Shown here: positions 1 to 14,052 of the stretch, piece after piece
Numbering within the stretch: the stretch's first letter is position 1
Layout of the letters: each line of letters starts with the position of its first letter
Assembly (NCBI RefSeq): GCF_009914755.1
Contig: NC_060927.1
Source of the DNA: the human T2T-CHM13v2.0 reference genome, Homo sapiens
DNA length: 64,000 nt
Strand: one strand, 5' to 3'
Notes under the pieces: model-generated
What the model was told of the DNA's origin: nothing
The model's input: only the letters and a program-made list of their open reading frames with translations
Database searches by the model: none
Translations under genes and position numbers: made by a program

Positions 1-2802
1 TGTCACATTTGGTTTCCATTTTGGGGGGAATTGCTTTTTTATTTGTCCTATAACTATATAAAATTTTAAATGTTCTAGTGGCAAGTCTATAAGACAAAGA
101 AACAAAGTATAGTCAAGTAAGCATTGCCTCCCTTTTCGCCCCCCTTTTTCCTTTGCCTCTGCCTGCCTTGGATACCTTTTTTTAAAAAAAGTTTTGGTTT
201 ATAATCAGGAAACTTTGACATCTTATTTATGCATTTAATGAATATTTAATGCCTAGTACATGCCCTGCACTTTGTTAGATACTCAGATGCATAAAGGTTG
301 GTTGTATGGGACGCAGTCCTTACCTTCTGGTAGTATATAATCAAAGGAAAGGTTCTTATATGGAAGTATTAGGGTATAACTGGCTACAGAAGGCTAGGAT
401 CAAATTGCGAAGTTTTTTTTTTTTTTTTTTCAGTCAGGCTAAGGAATTCACACTTCATCCTCTATGTAGTGGGTACTGATGATTTTTTAAGTCTAGGGAA
501 AGACATATTCAAAGTAGTTCTTTAGAAAAATGAATTGATCCCCTCTTAGGTATAGTTGGAAGTAAAACAAGACATACTCTAGGCATGCATCATAGAGTAA
601 GTACTCCTCAAGTATTTGTTGAATGAATAAGTGTAATAATAAGGCCATAGCATTGGGATTGAAATGGAAAGGCTAGGAGAGATATCCTGAAAGAACAATT
701 TATAAACCTTTGAAAATTTAAATGGCAGGTATAAGAAGAGTTAAAGATAGAGTATAGAGCATAGGTATCTGAGGGAAGAGAATTCCCACTATTGTTCATT
801 CATTATATCCAGTAGGAATAAGATGAGCTTAGTTTCATTTGGTTGAGAAGTAAGGGCTAGGAAGAAAGGTTAGCCATGCCTCTACAGTAAAAGTTATTAA
901 AGCTAGATAGACCACAGTCTTGAGAGAGATAAGGTAAAAATAAGAGGACAGCTGCCACAGATCTTAAGAAAGCTCACACTTAGGAACAAGGAGAGAAAAA
1001 TTAGCGAGCTAAAGAGGAAGAAAGGTAGTAATCAGAGGTGAGCATGTCATCTAAGAAAGCAAATATCTCTTAAGCTAAGGAAGAAGTTTTTCAGAGGGCT
1101 GATCATTTATAGTCAGAATGCTGCAGAGGTAACAGTCAAGTGTCTAACCACAGGCCTGCTTTACCAGGCCACATGTCTCCTATTTGTATCTGCTTTTCCA
1201 TTTACAAATCTGCTCTCCTGTAAGAGAGATAATAAGTATCCTTATTTTCTGGTCTTCAAGAAAAATGCTTATAATATTGTCTACAATGCTAAGTGGCGCC
1301 AAGATCTGCCACTAACAATAATCTTATAACTTCTTAGAATAATGACCATAATTGGACTTGTGATTATTTTATTTGTGTTTATTTGATTTATAAAGGTAAA
1401 AAACATGTTTTCCAGGACCTTGTAAAATCTCGGTATAATCGCACAAATGTTATTAGGCTTCTGTATCTGTCGTAGTGTCAGCATCAAAAGCTCTTTAGCA
1501 GGCATCTTAGCTATTAACTTCCGGTATGGGATAGACATGCTAAAAATCAGCTTTTTCCCCTAAATTCATGGCTTTTTTCCTTCAAATCACCTTCCTCTAG
1601 ACAGCAGGTGCATTAATGGTTGTGCAACTTTGGGGAGTCCCTTTAGGGAATTTCCTGTTTTTCCCTTTTACATTTCACACCCATTCCTTGCTCCCGCCGC
1701 TACCATCTGCTATCTCTTTTCTCCTGTTCAGCATTGGCTCCTTCACACCCCACTCCCACGCCCTTTTCCATCTCTCTCCGTCTGTCCAACAGCCCTCTAC
1801 TTAGATTGCTCCAATGCTTGTACAGGAATCAGAGAACTTTCTCTTTTCTATCAACTCACTAAGCTCAAAAGAGAGACAAAATTTATATGGCCTGTGACCA
1901 AGGCCACTGTGAACTTGACAGACATAAGTGGGAACAAGACAACATGGGTGCTGATTTTGGGAGCATTTATTAGACAATGCTCAAATGTTTCACTAAAAAT
2001 TTGCGGAGTCCTGCATTTCTGGGCATTTACTTCATGTATATATCAAGATAAGAATCTTTACCAGGGTATGAATGAAGTTTAGTTACCTTGGTGTTTTTAC
2101 AGCTATAAGAGAAAATACACATATGTACAAGTAAAACTACACATTAAAGCATGGTGCTTGAATACTTTCAGCTGAATGACATACTAGCTAGCAATAAAAC
2201 TTGCTATTGAAATTAGCTTAGAAAGCTAGTACTAAAAAAATCTAGACAGTATAATGAAAAGGTTCTTGTCACTAAGTACTGAGGTATCTTACTGAGCTTC
2301 CATAAATATATGTAATATTTGCATATATATAAATTTTTAAATTGAACATTGAATAAATGAAATGTGTGCCATTGATACACTATTTACATCATCTGGAGAG
2401 ACTAGAACTCTTCACTTTTAAGATTAGCACAGGGTGGGTCTGAGTATCTGACTATTTTTGTATCTGAATATTTTATTATTTTATCATCTTTCTGGCTGTT
2501 TTTTAGTGATGTAAGAGCTAAATTAATGCACTGAGCAGTATTATAAGACACTCTTGGTGCATGAATTACTGACATTTACTAGCTATTCAAAAGTGAAAAG
2601 GCAGAACTTAGAAGTACCACCTCCCCCACCCCTATCAAAATAAGAAATGCTGTATTCTTTATCTGAAATGGATTAATTGAACAATGATCAGTTTTCCTAC
2701 CATAGTGTGCCTCCATCCATTCAGATTATATCCAGAGAAGAGTTGAGGTGAGAGATTTGGGATACAGATATTGCTAGTACAGGTGCCATTTGTTTTATGT
2801 AA

Positions 2803-3021
<219 letters not shown>

Positions 3022-4481
3022 TAAATTAAAGAAGATATGCCTGTTTGAGCTTTTTATGTCCACAGTACTGTACTTTATACATAGTAGGTAACTGAGAAGT
3101 ATCTTGATTTTAAAAAGTTTAGCAGTTGGAAATTTTATAAAGATAGGGATCTTTTCACCTTGTCACTTAGAAACAACTATCCTGTTAAACCATAACAGAC
3201 AATATGCACTAAATCATGAGATGACAACACGCCTAACTCAAATGCTTTTGCTGCTTGCTGATGTTAGAAGTAGCAGTTTAGTCCCTTCACCAAAAATTTA
3301 ACCATAGCTAATTAAATGCATATTATCATACAATATAGTATGGCTTTTGTCTGTTTTATTTTGTTCAGTTCAAGAAGAGATTGGGAAGATGGTTAGCAAA
3401 AATAAACTATATTTGGTATATGAATATGTTTGTGATGAATGGGAATTTACTACATATGGAATAGTTTCATTTTGTATTTTTAATGACCTTTCTCAAATAC
3501 AGTTTTGCTTTCTCCCCAACTGGGGATAAATAGACTCAAAATTAGAGGCTGAGAATTTTCCCCTCAATTTTCTGTGTCATCTAGGGTAATAAAACAAGGC
3601 AGTGATCAAGGATACAAAAAACTCTGGTACAAAGTTGTGTCTTGGACATGCTTTTTCTTTGTTTGATTCTCCTATACCTTACTCTGGCATATACAGGACC
3701 CACACAATGGGAGTTACTCCAGCTGTGAATGTCAGGGAAACTCCCAACCACGGGCCTCAGATGGTATTTTTCTTAACTAGTCTTTCACAGCAGGATGACC
3801 TTTACTTTATGTATGTCAGGCTGTTTCTCAGACCACATGCATGGATATATAGACATATAGAATCCCTCACCATTTTCAACTTTCAGAACTGCTGTATTTA
3901 ATGCTTGGAGTGAATATTTTTGTGTTTCTAGTGCTATCTCATTGGCTGAATTTCCAAAAATGAGATTGATAGTGATGATCTAATATCAGTTGCCCTCCTA
4001 TGACACAGGGCTTTGGGCAGTTTAGTTCTCTTTGACCTCCCTAGGGCAGTCACCCAAGAAACCAAAGCTAGACACAACACAGCAATGTTTCATGAGCTTC
4101 TAAAGCCTATAGACTTCTACAGTCAGACCAATAATACAGCATCTCAACTTCCAAGCTATTTGTATTAAAAATGGTTAAATTATATTGACATTTTGTCATC
4201 ACAAAAATGGGGAAAAATTATAGTGGATATATATTTCCTACACAATTAAGGGTCCAATATCTCTAATTCCTGTACTATAACACACTAGTTGTATTTCAGT
4301 TCCTGATCTCATCCCAGGTCAAATCTTTTGATGTTAATCCTGAAGCATGATTTATGTTTGATAATTTCATTGTAATAATTTCAGTATGGGGTAATCATTT
4401 GGTATGGGATTTGGAATATTAAACAAAAACATTTAATGATTATATCACCATAAATGATACTATTAGCAATAATCATGAAGT

Positions 4482-4500
4482 TGGCCACAAGAGGGCGTGT
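4482..4500 (+). promoter_or_regulatory. Candidate CTCF site, forward orientation
   Basis: TGGCCACAAGAGGGCGTGT matches the CCASYAGRKGGCRS core at 12 of 14 positions and is a GC-rich island in an AT-rich intron. Confidence 0.6.
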
Positions 4501-4644
4501 AAAATCACAATAAAATTCTAAAACCTGTAATTCTGCCAGGCTCTGGTTTTACTGAGAAATTTGAAAATTAACACTAGTAAGTAGCCAGATTTTTTTCTAA
4601 AATTAACATAAAATATTCTGTAGAGGAAATGCATTCTACATATA

Positions 4645-4665
4645 TGTGTGTGTGTGTGTGTGTGT
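4645..4665. repeat. (TG)n microsatellite
   Basis: Direct reading. Confidence 0.9.
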
Positions 4666-4735
4666 ATACACGCATACACACTCTTAAGTGAATAAACATT
4701 TAGACTATTATGAAGAGCCAAGTTCAATTGCTTGA

Positions 4736-4903
<168 letters not shown>

Positions 4904-4935
4904 CTTCTTCACATGCTATTTCAAAAAGCCTGTTT

Positions 4936-5160
4936 AATAAAGCTGAATGTTAAGGTGTATGTAGGTTATTGCAGGAACTTTAGGAATTAAATATGTTCAT
5001 ATTCTTCGATTATCTCCTAAGTGACAGTGAAGATATGAGAATTTACTGGCAAGTCACATGTTATCACCTACTACTATTTCAAGGTCATGAATTTGCTTTC
5101 TACCAAACCCATAGATGTGTTAAACACGAATATTAAAAGGTGGACTCTTTATTAATTAAA
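4936..5160 (+). terminator. Proximal polyadenylation signals of CEP15
   Basis: AATAAA at 4936-4941 and ATTAAA at 5132-5137 and 5155-5160, followed by a GT-rich tract (gtgttgtgagtgtgttgc). Confidence 0.65.
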
Positions 5161-7667
5161 TTATTGTCAGTGTTGTGAGTGTGTTGCTTTAAAAAAAAAA
5201 AAATTTACAATCATTCTCCTCTAAGCAGGTATCTTGGTTCTGGTTTTAAGTTAAGTTTTTTAGAATCCTTACTTTTTAGGGACAAGGTATAGGATCAACA
5301 TGGTTCTTTTTTTTTTTTAAACCATTATTGTTTCTTTTAACAAATTAAAAGACAATGACACCTAAACTGCTCTAGCAAAATAACTTATGAGAAAATAAAT
5401 TCATAGGATTTTGTCCCTCACAGATAGCCAAAGCTCTGCAAGTTCTGGAGACAGAAAGAACTGAACTATAAAGCAGTCAATAAGTAGCCAGTTTCAGGAA
5501 GACTCAGACTTGGTTTTGAAAAAGGATGCCTTTTAGAGCTGGGAAAGGTTATTGGATTTTGACTTGGTTATTTAAAGATTGCCAACCTTGTGAATGCAAA
5601 TAACCCCACTCTTGTCTTTTCATCTTTAAACTTCCCCTTCCCGCTTCCTTCTAATTTCATTATTCCTGAAAAAACTGTCAGTCAGAAAGCGTTGGGTCAC
5701 AACCCTAAACAGCTTTGAGATTCCTCAGTCCACCACTGCTTGAGCACTTAAAAAAAAAAAAGAAAAAAAAAATATGTATATATAACTTTCCAGCTATAGA
5801 GGCAGCCTCTGCTAGTAAAGGGTACCTATGCTATATTACAATGAAATGTTTTAAATTTCAAACTGGTTTATGTTTTTAAAAGAAGACAATAGGAAAAGCT
5901 AAATACACAGCAACAACAACAACTATATTGAAACGTCCGTTGTGCCGATAAGTTCCTTTAAACTACCATCTTGGAAATATCCTGTTGAGTGGGTGTTGGT
6001 GTGGGTAACAATAATGTTGTTTTCATAATATGTGCTGGCAGATTAGCACACTTCTCTACAGTGTTAACAGTTGTAATTAAGGAATAAACAGCACAGGGTG
6101 TCAGTCCGATGACAATTTCATCTATAGTGTCACAATACAAAATGTCACAAAATATTAGAACTGTTATATAACTATAAAAAGTATCAGCTTAAAAGCTAAA
6201 AGCCTTTGAAAAAAGAAGACAGAGGAAGGAAGAAAAAAGAAAACTGGCATAGCAACCAGAACAATTTTATACCTTCTCAAGAATGTTCTGTCATGAAAAT
6301 AAATTGATAATTTTTTTCTGTTACATTACAGTTTGGTTTCTAGCCATCCAGTTGATTTAGCAGGAGAATGCAGGTTTTTTTAGCAGCTTTGAATTGGTAA
6401 ACAGATTTAGATGTAGTAGAAAGGAACATGAGGAAGTTGTTTTTTTTTTTAACATCCAATCTTTCCCAGCATATGCACATAAGAAGGTGAATGAAGCAAT
6501 GTGAAACTTACTTCTCTTTAGTCAAGTGAAAAAAAGGCTAAACATTTGTTAGATGGTAAAATATTGTGTCAAGCGAGTAGGCAAATTCCAAAATTACACA
6601 GTGGTTGATACATTAACATCCTCAAATATTTGAGCATGCACTTCCTTTGAGATCTGTAAATTAAATCACCAGTGGGTTAGATAAAAATACAAAACAAATG
6701 GCAATCTAACCATCTCAGAAAAGGTTCAGGTTTTTTTCTCCCTAAAACTGAGAACTTGCTAAATAATTTTTGAAAAGCATAAACGTAATACACCCTGGGT
6801 TACGATCGAGGGCAGAAGGGAAGGCATTTCCAAGGCTCCTGCTGTAGTGTTTTTCCCATTTTTGTTAATACCTCAAAAACTCCCAGAGATGACTTTATTC
6901 CTGGCCCCTGCAGAGCTCCCCTCCCCACCCCCACCTTGTAGACTGTAACAGATTGCACCACATGGTGTCTGTTTAAAAAAAAAAAAAAAATTCCCATAGG
7001 GACCTGGATATCCCATTAATGGGCTTTATGTTCCTCATGGCAAATTAGCTTTACACAGGAATTTCCAAACATTGTTTTCTGTTAAGAAGGGAGGAATACC
7101 ATATATAATGTATATTTTTTCTACAATTAGTAGGAATCAGACAAGGAAAAGGAAATGTCATCTATTCATACCTTTCTCTCCAAATTCAGTGTTCTTTCCA
7201 TATGCTCCATTGTACTCCACCACTCTTCTCCATGAAAACTATGAATTTATGGTTTTTTTTTAGAAAAATGGAGTTTTCAAAATGAAAGTCAAATAATTTT
7301 TTCCAAAGCCGTTTGTGGACTGTTGCAAATGCATAAATATTCAAAGCTCATTTTCTGCAGAAACACTTCTGGTATATGAAATTATTAAACTGTAGAATGC
7401 TAAAGATCAGAAGAAGCTACAGTTTTTCTTTAAACTTGAAAAAAAATTAAGAAGTATTAAGGAAAAAGCTTAATACTCTGGAAACCAGACATCTGGTCTT
7501 TCTCATGCGTAGGGAGCAGTGTGAATGAAAGTGAAGTCAAACGGACAGTTTTTTTCTGCATTATGCACAAGGTGTTTTAAATTGTCAGCTTAAGGTTTAG
7601 ATGAAGATAATCTTTAACTTTGTTTACAATTTTTGCTATTTTGCATTATCCCCCTTTTTCCATAAAA

Positions 7668-7673
7668 AATAAA
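7668..7673 (+). terminator. Candidate distal polyA signal (long CEP15 3' UTR)
   Basis: AATAAA followed by TG/T-rich sequence, at the end of a stretch with no recognisable interspersed repeats downstream of the stop codon. Confidence 0.4.
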
Positions 7674-7765
7674 GTGAATATGTGTGCATATTTATTTTGA
7701 ATCAAAATTAAACTTATTTTGAGATTATTTTGTCACTTCTGAGATAATTGGAGACACGTGTGCAC

Positions 7766-7766
<1 letters not shown>

Positions 7767-7807
<41 letters not shown>
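7767..7807. repeat. Compound (TG)n(AG)n microsatellite
   Basis: Direct reading. Confidence 0.9.
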
Positions 7808-7811
<4 letters not shown>

Positions 7812-9269
7812 AACCAAGGGTTGCTGTCACCAATTCAAGAGGAAGATACTAAGCTTTAAACCAACTGGGAAGTAGGTTTTTAGTGTGTAAAGTTAATGCG
7901 CAAGGCCATAAATTTGGCTTATCTACAAAATATAGTCTTCCCTCTCCTTTCATTAGTGTATTAATTTATCTTTTTTACTGTAAGCCAATTCACATCTTTT
8001 TCTTTTTAAGCTAGTCTTTTATTTAAAACACAATAAAGTTTTCAATCCCGCTAAGGAGTTCCCCACCTCCTTTTCACACACTGCCCAAATATGAAGTTAA
8101 TAGCTACATGGTTTAAAACACTATACATTTCAATAGTCACCTATTTTTTTAAACCTATTCCACTGTAATTAGTATAAAGAGATATCTTTTTTAAAGAGTT
8201 GCTGACCAAAACCTATTCTTCAGAGAAGGTAATAACCAGGTGATGAGTTCAAGCAGAAAAAAACAAGTCTGGAAAATACGTAGGAGAAAGAGAAGAGAAG
8301 AGATTACTTTGGGAAACCTTCAAGTTGGAACAAGGGTCCCTCCCACCCCCATCCCACCCCATGTGTTTCTAAACACGTGTTTCTCTTATAATTTAGAAGT
8401 TAATTTGTCTATATGGGAAATTTAATTCCCCATTGTTAATAAAAGGGCATTTAGAGTTTTCTGGGACAAACATGGGGATGTGTCAAACTTTGGCAATTAA
8501 GAAGAGGATTGATTTGTGGATTTGACACCTGGCATTGTGATCTCCCTTTCTAACTGGATCTGAGATTATATCCTTACTAAAATCCAAGAAAAGGAAAATG
8601 ACTTCAACAAAACCAGAGGCTCAAAATGCTTCCGGACATCACTTTACCTCACAGAGTCAAGTTTCCCTACTTCCAAAGAAAAGGGACCAGGTCCCCTAAG
8701 TTATAGTAATGTTTTAAAGTTCTTGCTATTTTAAAAACTGAAATTCATGTCTCAGACAAAGAGACTGAGAGTCCGCAAAGTAGTATCTAGATTGACTACA
8801 GTAAAAAACAAGAAATAGTTGCACTGAGTGGAAACAATGAAATGTTCTCACTTTAGACAGTGATGACTTAGTTTCTTTTTTATGTGACTGGTCATTCAGA
8901 CTCCACTGTAAAACTCAAAGGATTTTTTGTTATTTCTCCCTAAATCTAGGTTATCAAAGTAGAAATTTTTCTGATGTTTTATACAATACCACTTTGGGAC
9001 CAATGCAGTCACATTAGAGGGAGACAAAATTCCTTTCATATATTTTGTCTAGCACATCTCTAGCTTCTTTCATCTCCCAGTACCAATTAATTATTTTTCA
9101 TACCTTGTTCCAGACATTTTTAAGGTCTGTAGAGCTTACAAGCATTTCCTTGTACTAGAATACTCCAGCCTAGTAAAAACAATACTAAGATGTTCAAAAG
9201 AAGCCAAATCTAGAGCCCTTTAAAATGATACCCAATAAACACAGAGGTAGAGAACACTTGGACACCATT

Positions 9270-9480
9270 GATTCATTCATTCATTAACAGATCTTATTGA
9301 CTGCTTTCTGTGTAGCAGGCACAGTTCTAAGCACCAAGAATACAGCAATGAAGAAAACAAAACAAAACAAAAAACCTGTGTCCTCATAGAATTTACATTC
9401 TGGTAGAGGCAGCAAGTAGAGGGGGCTAAAGGCAGACATAAACACCAGAAGAGTAATATGTGGTATATCAGATGGTGAGA
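9270..9480 (-). mobile_element. L2 3' end fragment
   Basis: attcattcattcatt...ttattgactgct...gtagcaggcacagttctaagc is the reverse complement of the L2 tail. Confidence 0.7.
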
Positions 9481-9699
9481 AGGGCTAATATAGTATGAAC
9501 ATCTAAAATGTCTTAGTACAAGAAAATAAAGCAGACTTTTGTAATTTTTCAGTAATATGATAGAACTGAGAGTCTCTTTTCCTATTCAAGGATCTTGAGT
9601 TGGGGTTTTCCAGTGAAGCAGCATTTCCACTGCTTCTTATTTGTAAATTGTGCAAGCTTAATGAATAGGTTTATGATAAAGGATGAAAAAAAATTCTCA

Positions 9700-10188
9700 G
9701 TACTTCAACAGATGTTTATACACAAACGTCCATAGCAGCATTATTCACAATAGCCAAAAGGTGGAAACAACCCAAATGTCCACTGATGGATGAATGGATA
9801 AAATGTGGTGCCTATATATATGGCGGGACATTATTCGGCCTCATAAAGGAAGAGAATTCTGATACATGCTACAACATGCATGAACTTTGAAGATGTATGC
9901 TAAGTGAAATAAGCCAGACACCAAAGGGCAAATATTGTATACTTTCTCTGATACGAAGTACCTAGAGTAATCAAATTCATAGAGCGGTAGTTGCCAGAGG
10001 CTAGGGGGGAGGAAGAATAGGGAGTTAGTATTTAATGGGCATAGAGTTTCAGTTTGGGAATATGAAAAATATCCAGAGATGGATGGTGGTAATGGTTGTA
10101 CAGCAATCTGAATATCCTTAATGCCACTGAACTATATGCTTTACAATGGTTAAAATTTTTTATATTCTGTGTATTTTACCATGATAAA
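9700..10188 (+). mobile_element. L1M (L1MB-like) 3' end
   Basis: catagcagcattattcacaatagccaaaaggtggaaacaacccaaatgtcc...gccactgaactata, typical of old L1 3' UTRs. Confidence 0.8.
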
Positions 10189-10495
10189 GAAGTCCTTTAC
10201 TAAACATAACCTGAACACTTCCATATTGTAAGCGATTTGATTTAAATCTTATTTGTGATCATATATAAGCATACATATAAGCAAAGTTAATTCCTTCTAG
10301 AAAATGTCTATAAACATTGTCCTCCATGTTTTCAAATTAGTTGAATGTCTGCCTTTAGAAAGGTTGGTGTCCTGAGTTTTTGGTTGGTTTGTTTTTGTTT
10401 TGTTTGTCTATGAAACTCCTTACAAACAAGCTTCTAGTCCTGGTTCTGCCATTAACTGCTGTTCAGTTTCTTCAGTGAATTGAATTGGACCTCAA

Positions 10496-11280
10496 TTGTC
10501 TAACAGAATTTTCTGCAGTGGCGGAAATGTTCTATAACTGCGCTGTCCAATATGGCAGGCACTAACCACAGGTGGCTATTAAGACTTGAAATGAAGCCAG
10601 TGCAACTGAGAAACTTAAATTTTATTTAATTTCAATTATTGGAAAAATGTTAAGTATGCCTGGGACAACTTGGGCGTGTGAATCTACTTTTTTAACTTTA
10701 AATTTTATAAAATCTCAAAAGAGATCAAGTATTCCAATGAAAATTTAGCATCCCAAATGGAGGTATGCTATAAGTGCAAAATACACACTGGATTTCAAAG
10801 ACAGTGATACAGTTTGGCTGTGTCCCCACCCAAATCTTATCTTGAATTGTAGTTCCCATAATCCCCATGTGTCATGGGAGGGACCCAGTGGGAGGTAACT
10901 GAATCATGGAGGCGGTTTCCCCCATGCTATTCTGGTGATAGTAAGTCCTCACAAGATCTGATGGTTTTATAAGGGGCTTCCCCCTTCACTTGATTCTCAT
11001 TCTTCTCCCTGCTATCATGTGAAGAAGGATGTGTTTGCTTCCCCTTTCGCATCATTGTAAGTTCCCTGAGGCCTCTCAGCCATGGTGAACTGTGAGTCAA
11101 TTAAACCTCTTTCCTTTATAAATTACCCAGTCTTGCAGACGTCTTTATTAGCAGCATGAGAATTGACTAACACAGACAATAAAAAAGATATAATATTAAA
11201 ATTAATTTTACCAGTTTTTTTATAAAGTAGCTACTAGAAAATGGAATCTTACATATGTAACATATTTTCTTGAACAGCAT
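10496..11280. mobile_element. hAT-Charlie DNA transposon fossil (MER3/Charlie1-like), interrupted by a THE1 LTR
   Basis: ctgcgctgtccaatatgg...ccacaggtggctatt...cttgaaatg start; Charlie1/MER33-like tail (aaaatacacactggatttcaaagac...gctactagaaaa). Confidence 0.65.
10805..11174 (+). mobile_element. THE1 (MaLR) solo LTR
   Basis: TG...CA ends, tgatacagtttggctgtgtccccacccaaatc start, gtgagtcaattaaacctctttcctttataaattacccagtc motif, and 5-bp TSD GACAG/GACAA. Confidence 0.85.
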
Positions 11281-11330
11281 TAAACTAGACAATTCCTAAG
11301 AGCCCTTGCAATTCTCTGAGTCAATATCTT

Positions 11331-11656
11331 TTTGTTGTTGTTGTTTCTTTGTTTTTTGGTTGTTTTGTTTTGTTTTGTTTGAGACAGAGCCTCACCCTGT
11401 CATCCAGGCTGGAGTACAATGGAATGATCTCAGCTCACTGCATCCTCTGCCTCCCAGGTTCAAGTGATTCTCCTGCCTCAGCCTCCTGAGTAGCTGGGAC
11501 TATAGGCGTGTGCCACCACACCCAGCTAATTTTGTATTTTTAGTACAGATGAGGTTTCACCATGTTGGCCAGGCTGGTCTCAAACTCCTGACCTCAGGCG
11601 ATCCACCTGCCTCGGCCTCCCAAAGTTCTGGGATACAGGCATGAGCGTGCCCGGCC
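11331..11656 (-). mobile_element. Alu (AluS-like)
   Basis: Full dimer with T-rich tail; TSD TGAGTCAATATCTT at 11317-11330 and 11657-11670. Confidence 0.95.
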
Positions 11657-11829
11657 TGAGTCAATATCTTTATAAGCATTTTTTAAATGCACCCTAATAT
11701 TTGACTAGAAGCCCATAATTGCTGAATTTGGGGGAAAGCTTAAGGTTAAATATTTAATTAATATTTGTACGCTTCCAACAGAATGCAAAAGAAGAATGAA
11801 GGTAAATGAAAGTTTATAAAGCCAGAGTA

Positions 11830-11947
11830 ACCTGGGCATGGTGGCTCACACCTGTAATCCCAGCACTTTGGGAGGCCAAAGCAGGAGGATTACTTGAGCC
11901 CAGGAGTTCAAGACCACCCTGGCCAACAGAGCAAGACCTTGTCTCTA
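11830..11947 (+). mobile_element. Alu monomer (FLAM-like)
   Basis: Left-arm sequence only, with gaggattacttgagcccaggagttcaagacc. Confidence 0.8.
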
Positions 11948-12083
11948 GTATTATTGTTATTATTTAAAAAGCAGAGTATCATTTTGTTCTCAGAGTTATA
12001 TTTGAATGTGTGCTCATTTTTAGAATCCCAAGTCCAAGTGGAAAGCCTAGAAGATATTAAATGCTCAAGAAGTATTTGGGGTT

Positions 12084-12406
<323 letters not shown>

Positions 12407-13756
12407 TTAAAACCAGGATTTGCATTTTGACCAGACTCTTAATTAAAGTACATTTGATGAGAACATTTATTAAAGATGAAACAGCATGAGGCTTCAAGCC
12501 AGAGTAAATAATTTGGCATTGGTTTTCATATGGTACAATATAAAAAGAAGTTGGATACTGAAAGCAAAGGTATGTCTTTGCTCGGAGGACCTTGATAATC
12601 ACTGGAAGTAATGTTAATATTCAGTGATAACAAAGCATCTTTTATAGGAAAAATACATTATAGATGAATACTATTAATCGTCAAATTATAGATGGTGGAA
12701 TGGAAGCAGTATGACATTAAGTGATTGTCAAAGTCACACTAGGGATTTGCCTCTTATACCTGGGGTCTCAGCATTCTTAGTTTTTCCTTCTCCCCTGTTC
12801 CCACTACCACACTGACAGATTCTCCAGAGGAACCATGGAGAAGCAATTACCAGTTAAAATTAGGTTGAAAGGAAACACTGGTTTCACAAAGCATGTATTT
12901 TAACTTTATAAACTTAACAGGCTGAGAGTCCGAAATGGAATTAACATCATTGTCACGAACTAGTTGAAGACTGAGCAAAGACCTTTGTATGTATTAACCT
13001 TCAATCAAAATTACCGTTTTTTGTTTTTGTTTTTGTTTTGTTTTTTTTTACAGATACACCAGGTCCTCAAAGTGCCCTGACATGCTGCCATTAGCAACAC
13101 CAATAACCTGAGAAATGGTGCTGTTTTTGCAATTAGGTGATTGCTTGCTCATCTCACAGACTTTTTCTTTATTGACTTCCTTACATGTTTGTCAATTTCA
13201 GAAACTCCTGTAACTAGAAAAAAGCTTCCTTTTACCACATTCTCCCTTTTTAAATTGAACCAGAAATGAAGTTCAACTGAACAAATATTTATTACTTAGA
13301 CCCAGAGTGGACTAGAAATTACAAGTGGAGATAAACAATATGCCTACCTCAGAGCTTTTTGTCTCTGGGGAGTCAGCTGGATAAACAGAAAAAGTACAGT
13401 GTTATAGAAAGACCAAGGTAGGGCTTCTAACACGGCCTGGGGAGTGGAGAGGAACGGGGTGGTGAGGTAAGGGAGCTGGGAGTGAAAAGAGAAGAAACCT
13501 GTGCTACAGAAACTAGCCAAGAGACTTCCAGTATCAACATGGCGGGTAAGCAATACTAACATATCCCCCTCTGCAACCTTTATACATGAGGGACATGTTC
13601 ACTTTCTTGCCTCTGATTTTCTCCCCAACTCTTTCCACTGACACTACTCTAGTTTGAGGTCTTTAGCACCTTTGATCTTACTAAATCCAATGTTTGTCTT
13701 AAGCACTCACTCATCTTTCTAAATCCCTTGGCAGCATTTGACACAATTTATCACAC

Positions 13757-14052
13757 TTTTTTTTTTTTTTTTTTTTTGAGGCAGAGTTTCTCTCTGTTGC
13801 CCAGGCTTGAGTGCAGTGGTGCAATCATAGCTCACTGCAGCCTCAAATTTTCAGGCTCAAATTGCCTCAGCCTCCCAAGTAGCTGGAACCACAGTTGTGT
13901 GCCACCATACCTGGCTAATTTTTGTTGTTGTTGTTGTTGAGATGGGTTCTCCCTGTATTGCCTAGGCTGGTCTGGAAATCCTGGGCTCAAGTGATCCTCC
14001 TGCCTTAGCCTCCCAAAGTATTGGGATTACAGGTGTGAGCCATCTCACCCAG
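13757..14052 (-). mobile_element. Alu (AluJ-like)
   Basis: gcaatcatagctcactgcagcctc and ctgggctcaagtgatcctcc diagnostics. Confidence 0.9.

Noticed and set aside
1630-2082. 150-aa ORF in a CEP15 intron
   Set aside because: TTG start, no recognisable domain, and partly low-complexity pyrimidine-rich sequence.
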